This document shows positions 57,377-64,000 of a stretch of 64,000 nucleotides of DNA, piece by piece (position 1 is the first letter of the stretch; every line of letters begins with the position of its first letter). Origin of the DNA: Eledone cirrhosa (Eukaryota); assembly GCA_964016885.1 (NCBI GenBank), contig OZ024763.1, positions 12,524,001 through 12,588,000 of the forward strand, in the 5' to 3' direction. A model generated the notes under the pieces. That model searched no databases, was not told the origin of the DNA, and saw only the letters and a list, made by a program, of their open reading frames with translations. The translations under genes were made by a program, and so were the position numbers.

Positions 57377-57483
57377 GTGAGTATTTAAACAGATTTTCCT
57401 TCATTCTTTTGCCGGCTTCCGTAGATTGTGACCATACTGACGCCACACAGGCCCAGCTGTAGCATTAGGACGACCACAAAGAG

Positions 57484-58960
57484 AAGAGACCTCAGAGAGG
57501 TACAGCACTGGACCTTAAATGATCATATCTTTATATAGGACTGGTGCTACCATTAAAACCTTAGACAGCCACACAGGGTGCAGACCTCAGAGAAGTACAT
57601 CACTGGACCTTAAATGATCATATCTTTAAATAGGACTGGTGCTACCATTAAAACCTTAGACAGCCACACAGGGTGCAGACCTCAGAGAAGTACATCACTG
57701 GACCTTAAATGATCATATCTTTATATAGGACTGGTGCTACCATTAAAACCTTAGACAGCTACACATTAAGTCTAAAGTCTGTCTTAAGCCAGAAGGCTCA
57801 TTTGGTCGGTGCTTATCCCGGTTTCATGGCGTGAAGCGACCTAGGGTATAAGACTCCCCCTTGGACAGGACGCCAGTCCATCGCAGGGGTAACCCCACCA
57901 ACTATTGCTGGTACTCATTTTCAGCTGAGTATACTGGGGCAACGTGAAATGAAGTGTTTTGCTCAAGAACACAACACGCAATCCAGGAATCGAACCCACA
58001 CCATTGTGATCGTAAGTCCAACTCCCTAACCCCTAGGCCACCATTCTTTTACTGGTCTCCGTCAGTAGATTGTGACCATACTGACGTCACACAGGCCCAG
58101 CTGTAGCATTAGGACAGCCACAAAGGGAACAGAGGTACACTACAGGACCTTAAATGATCACATCTTTATACATAGGGCTGGTCCTACCGTTAAAACCACG
58201 GGCAGTCACCTGAGGTACAGACCTCAGAGGACCTTACATCAGAGATATTAAGGGACATTAAAGGATCACAAGCTGTACACATGGCTGGTCCTACCATTAA
58301 AACCAGGTGCAGTCACCTGGGTTACAGACCTCGGAAAGGTACATTTTATAAGGGTTTGTGCTATCATTAAGGCCAACTAGACGGCCACAGAGGGAAGAGA
58401 CATCAGACAGGTACATTTCTGGGTCTTAAAGGATCACATTTTTATACAGGGTTGTGTTGCCATTAATACCGAGGCAATCACTTGGGGTACAGACCTCAGA
58501 GATGTTCTTTACCAAAGCTCAAATGATCACATTTCTATACAGGGGTTTGTGCTCCCATTAAGACCAACTAGGCAGCTATATGGGGTACAGACCTCAGATA
58601 GGTATATTTCTGGACCTTAAAGGATCATAGTTTTATACAAGGCTGGTGTGTTACCATTAAACTTAACTAGGCAGTCATCTAGCTCTCAAACCCCAGAGAG
58701 ATACATGACTAAACCTTAAATGATGACAGTTTTATAGGGGTTTAGTGCTACCATTAAGAACAACTAAACAGCCACATAGGGAACAGACCTGAGAAATGTA
58801 CATACTGAACTTTAAATAATCGTAGTTTAATATAGGGCTGGTGCACCCATTAAGGTCTAATAGGCATTTACATAGGGTACAGATCTCAAAGGTGCATTAC
58901 TAAACCTTTATGGATCTGTTTTATACAAGGCTGATCCTGTCATTAAGGCCAACTAGAGCA
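57484..58960. repeat. Diverged ~95-bp satellite interrupted by a SINE
   Basis: GACCTCAGAGA..TACA..GGACCTTAAATGATCA..GGTGCTACCATTAA units; period from 57488 to 57583. Confidence 0.85.
57775..58042 (-). mobile_element. tRNA-derived SINE with a family B head and a distinct tail
   Basis: Minus strand TGGCCTAGGGG, GGTTCGATTCC, TTGAGCAAAACACTTCATTTCAC, GCGATGGACTGGCGTCCTGTCC. Confidence 0.85.
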
Positions 58961-59332
58961 ACTATGTGTGCGTGTATGTGTGTGTGCGTGTGTGTATGTG
59001 TGTGTGCGTGTATGTGTGTGCGTGCGTGTATGTGTGTGTCCGTGTATGTGTGTGTGCGTGTATGTGGTGGTGGTGGGGGGCATGTGTGTGTAATTCGCGT
59101 GTGCACTCAAGTAATAAGCCGCTGTTGTTATATACAAAGGTGAACGTTTATGTGTGAATAAATGTGAGGTGAACAGAGCGACAGCGACGGTGGTGGTGGC
59201 GGTGGTGGTGGTGGTTGCGGTGGTGGCGGTACGACAGAAGATCAAAGCAAGATATTTTGGGGAAAACGAGAGAGACAAAGGTGAAAGGTCAAATGTATTT
59301 AACAACGAAAGCCTGAATAATTTGGGGATTTC

Positions 59333-60010
59333 GTGACACCCTATAAAGATCTTAAGAGTACAGATGATCGTGTTGTTGTTAATGTCATTGTTGTTGTTGT
59401 TGTTGTTGTTGTTTAGTCTCAGGTCAGCCTCGATGAACTAAATTTATAGCCAAAGGTGTTCCAACTATGACCATCCCGTCTTTGGGGTTTAGTGACACCC
59501 AATAAAGATCTTAAGAGTTCAGGTGACCCTGTTGTGGTTTAGCTTCAAATCAGGTCAGATCCGATGGACTAAATTTATAGCCAAAGGTGTTCCAACTATG
59601 ACCATCCCGTCTTTGGGGTTTAGTGACACCCAATAAAGATCTTAAGAGTTCAGGTGACCCTGTTGTGGTTTAGCTTCAAATCAGGTCAGATCCGATGGAC
59701 TAAATTTATAGCCAAAGGTCTTCCAACTACCACCATCCCGTCGTTGAGGTTTAGTGACACCCAATAAAGATCTTAAGTGTTCAGGTAACCTTGTTGTTAT
59801 TGTTGTTGTTGTTGTTGTTTAGCTACAGGTCAGTCACGATGTGATATATTTATAGCTAAAGGTGTCCCAACTACGACCATCCCGCCTTTGTGGATTAATG
59901 ACACCTTATAAAGATCTTAAGTCTTCAGGCGACCCTGTTGTGTGTTGTTTATCTACAGGTCAGCCACAATGTGATATATTTATGGTCAAAGGTGTTCCAT
60001 CTATGACCGT
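59333..60010. repeat. ~131-bp tandem repeat, about 5 copies
   Basis: GTGACACCC.ATAAAGATCTTAAG...CCAAAGGTGTTCCAACTATGACCATCCCG; period from 59491 to 59622. Confidence 0.9.
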
Positions 60011-60302
60011 ATGACAGGTGAATAGATTTAACAAACGATATTACCAGGAATGTAATACGAGTGAATCCAACGACCCGGTTTTCGGTGAGGTGACAAAATC
60101 TGATTTAAAAAAACAACAACATACAAAACTAACAAATAAATAAATATATAAATAAATAAATGTTTTGAAATAAAATGGCCACCGATCATTATAACACCTA
60201 CCAGCGGGAGTATAGAACCAGTGAAGCGAGAACCCAATGACGTAGTCTTCGGTGACACGAAACATCCGATAAAAACCACCAAATTAACACACACAAATAC
60301 AC

Positions 60303-60377
<75 letters not shown>

Positions 60378-60690
60378 CAGTTATATTGAAGGTAGAACAA
60401 AATTATATTGTAAGTATAACTTCGTTATTCTCTCTCAATGAATTATATATATATAATTGAAAGGTGGTGTAAAGCTCCATACAAATCAAAAATTATAGGT
60501 AAAAAGTAAGTGAAGCAGAGCAGGGGTATAATTAAAGATTATTTTTTCTTTAATCTGATAGGCTAAATATTTTTATAATTGTTACATTAAATGGATTTGA
60601 TTATACCCCACTGCTTTTTCACTTTTACTTGTTACTTTATATATATAAATATACACGGGTGTGTATGATTGTGTATAGAAGATTATATTA

Positions 60691-61612
<922 letters not shown>

Positions 61613-61937
61613 GGAACTACATGGGTATAACTGCTAGCGCCGTTGCATCTCAGTGTACTCAATATGTAATGTTAAATAAACTCCCAGAGTAGACACACAG
61701 TTATTCGCTTCGATACAACGCACGTAAACGGGTACCTTCAATTGTTCCCGAACTCAACTCCAGTATCGGCCACACTTAATGCAGCAATAGAGTGCACTGC
61801 ACCTACTGTCCGCATATATTATGCAACAATGCACAATCGGCGCATATGGCTTCATCAGCGGGTTTCGCCTAATCAATAACCAATCGATCGACAGAATTCG
61901 ACACAAGTCGAGAAATATAAATAAATATATATATATC

Positions 61938-62160
61938 TAATAAACAACACAATCCAATTATTCCATTTACCAAAGGTTTCACGAAGACAGGCGAGTTCAA
62001 CAGAGACGTATGAAATATTTCATCAGACGTCTCTGTTGAGCTCGCCTGTCTTCGAGAAACCTTTGGTAAATGGAATAATTGTATGTGTTGTTTATTACAT
62101 ATTTAAATAGCTCTGTACTATACATAGAGCACTCCTTTCCTTTACCCTTTCTACGGAAAT
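61938..62160 (+). mobile_element. Foldback element with 3' tail
   Basis: IR 61938-62009 / 62027-62097; GAAA-CC TTT GG-TA stem-III-like motif; bulged hairpin at 62110-62133. Confidence 0.7.
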
Positions 62161-62162
62161 AC

Positions 62163-62201
<39 letters not shown>

Positions 62202-63400
62202 TATAAATTATGTCCATAGAATCATTTGATAAGATATATCCACCATTTCCTCTCCCAATTAGCATAATCAACCACATAATCAACCACATAATCAACCACA
62301 TAATCAACCACATAATCAACCACACAAAAAACCAATTAAACCAGGCTATAAGATTAAAAGGCACCTATAAAGAAATAATAGATAAATAAACGACAGCCAT
62401 CTATTCGCGATCAACAGCTATAGAATATTTACCCAGCATTTAAAGTAGCACGTGGAAATAGATTAATATATCGTCAACCATACACAATTAGGTATAAAAT
62501 TAAAGTTAGAAGAAAAAATACCAGGATTATATATATTATATTATATATATATATATATATTATATTATATATATATATATATATTATATTATATTATATA
62601 TATATATATTATATTATATTATATATATATATATTATATTATATTATATATATATATATATATACATATAATAACTAACATGGAATTGACAACATCGCAA
62701 TTAGCGAATCAACATTTAATAAGTGTTGATCATCTAACTGTGATGTTGTCATATCCATGTTAGTTACTATATATATATATATATATATTATCTCGTCTGT
62801 TCGTTTTTACCCTTTCTAGCAGTCTCTCTCTCTGTTAGCCTTCTCCTCAACTTTCACTCACTCATTCTCTGTCACTACCTCTCCTCCTCCTCTTTCCTCC
62901 TCCTCCTTCAAATTTGACCTGTGTGTAATTCTTTTCTCGCGCGGTCTTGACCAAGCTGATATGGAAATTTTTTTTCTCTCTCTCTCTTTCGTCTGCGACT
63001 TCACAAAACTTATGTTTACCGAATTCGTAGACCAGACCCCTTTATCTTCTTCTCTCTTTTTCCCCCCCCGTCAAACTTGGGCGAAATTCTTTACTTGCTC
63101 ACATTTCAACCAGGTTTGATGGTCTTTTGTCTCTTGTTCACGATTTCACCGAGTTTATATTCATAGAGATCTGGGACTTGTCTATTTCCTCTCACTTTCC
63201 GTTGCTTAAACTTTTTTGTTTGTTACCCTGGCGTCCCCTTTGTTTACGTGTCCCAACGACTTTTTTTAGCCGTTGTTCGCACCAACCTGAGGCATATGGC
63301 CCTTAAAGCGATGAAATGCCTGCGACGGTTGGAGGGTCACTGATGAAGGACCTACTTTTTCACATGCCCCACCATTTGCAACGGGCAGCCTATTATTATT

Positions 63401-63445
<45 letters not shown>

Positions 63446-63524
63446 TAATAAAAATAATAAATAAAAATAAAGAAACAAAATTACAAGGTATTATTAGTTT
63501 CACGCTTGGTGAGAGTGGGGTGTG

Positions 63525-63562
63525 AGGGTATGACGTTTCGGACATAAGCCCTTCATCAGGAA
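63525..63562 (-). ncRNA. Minimal hammerhead-like motif of the Penelope pLTR type
   Basis: Minus strand CTGATGA-A-GGGC TTAT GTCC-GAAA-CG-TC; stem I poorly supported. Confidence 0.55.
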
Positions 63563-64000
63563 AGTGGGGGGAACACCCAGAAAGAGTGAGGGGGGAGTTA
63601 GCGAGATAAAATAAGAAAGGGCGGGAAAAATAGAAAAAAATTGAATATAGAACATGAAGTGGAAAATTATATATACATTGAAATAAAATGGCTGTCGATC
63701 AGTGAATCGAAGAGTGAATTCAACGACCCAGTTTTCGGTGACGGAACAAAACTAAAGAAATAAATGTTTACAAACAAAATGGCCGCCAATAGATGTAAAG
63801 CGTCGCCAGCGGAAGTAATGACATTTCTCTCTCTCTTTCCCTTCCCTCTCCTCTCTCTCTTTCTCTTCCTATATGTCTCTCTTCCCCTCTATGTCTCTCT
63901 CTCTCTCTCATTTCCTCTCTTTCCCTCTATGTCTCTCCCCTCTCTCTCTCCGTGTCTCTCTGTCTGACTGTTTTTTCTATATCTTCTTCCTCTTTTTTTC

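Noticed and set aside
61848-61869. GGC-GAAA-CCCG-CTGATGA-A-GCC on the minus strand
   Set aside because: Only 4 nt between GAAA and CUGAUGA, too short for stems III and I; at most a scrambled remnant.

Overview
Eukaryotic, extremely repeat-rich DNA that looks intronic or intergenic. It is probably from a cephalopod (octopus-like), an inference from the SINE and repeat families rather than a database match. No convincing multi-exon protein-coding gene is visible, and almost all ORFs in the track are artefacts of micro- and minisatellites. The window contains tRNA-derived SINEs, decayed non-LTR retrotransposons (RTE-like, Tx1/L1-like, CRE-like), a Penelope-like RT fragment, Tc1/mariner remnants, hAT and mariner MITEs and many tandem arrays. 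The most interesting signal is a population of short islands (about 70-380 bp), most of them in or next to (TA)n tracts. They carry minimal hammerhead-ribozyme folds (canonical and variant cores), often form long foldback inverted repeats, and in several sequence-unrelated families share a covarying bulged hairpin (RCTC-stem-loop-stem-TT/TA-GAGY) downstream of the ribozyme. I interpret this as a diverse set of non-autonomous Penelope-like/retrozyme-like termini with a shared structural 3' signal. Other leads are a candidate 15-nt microexon, a duplicated CTCF-like motif, YY1/ETS-type motif islands, a twin-priming-style RTE inversion and a nested ~2.7 kb inverted duplication.
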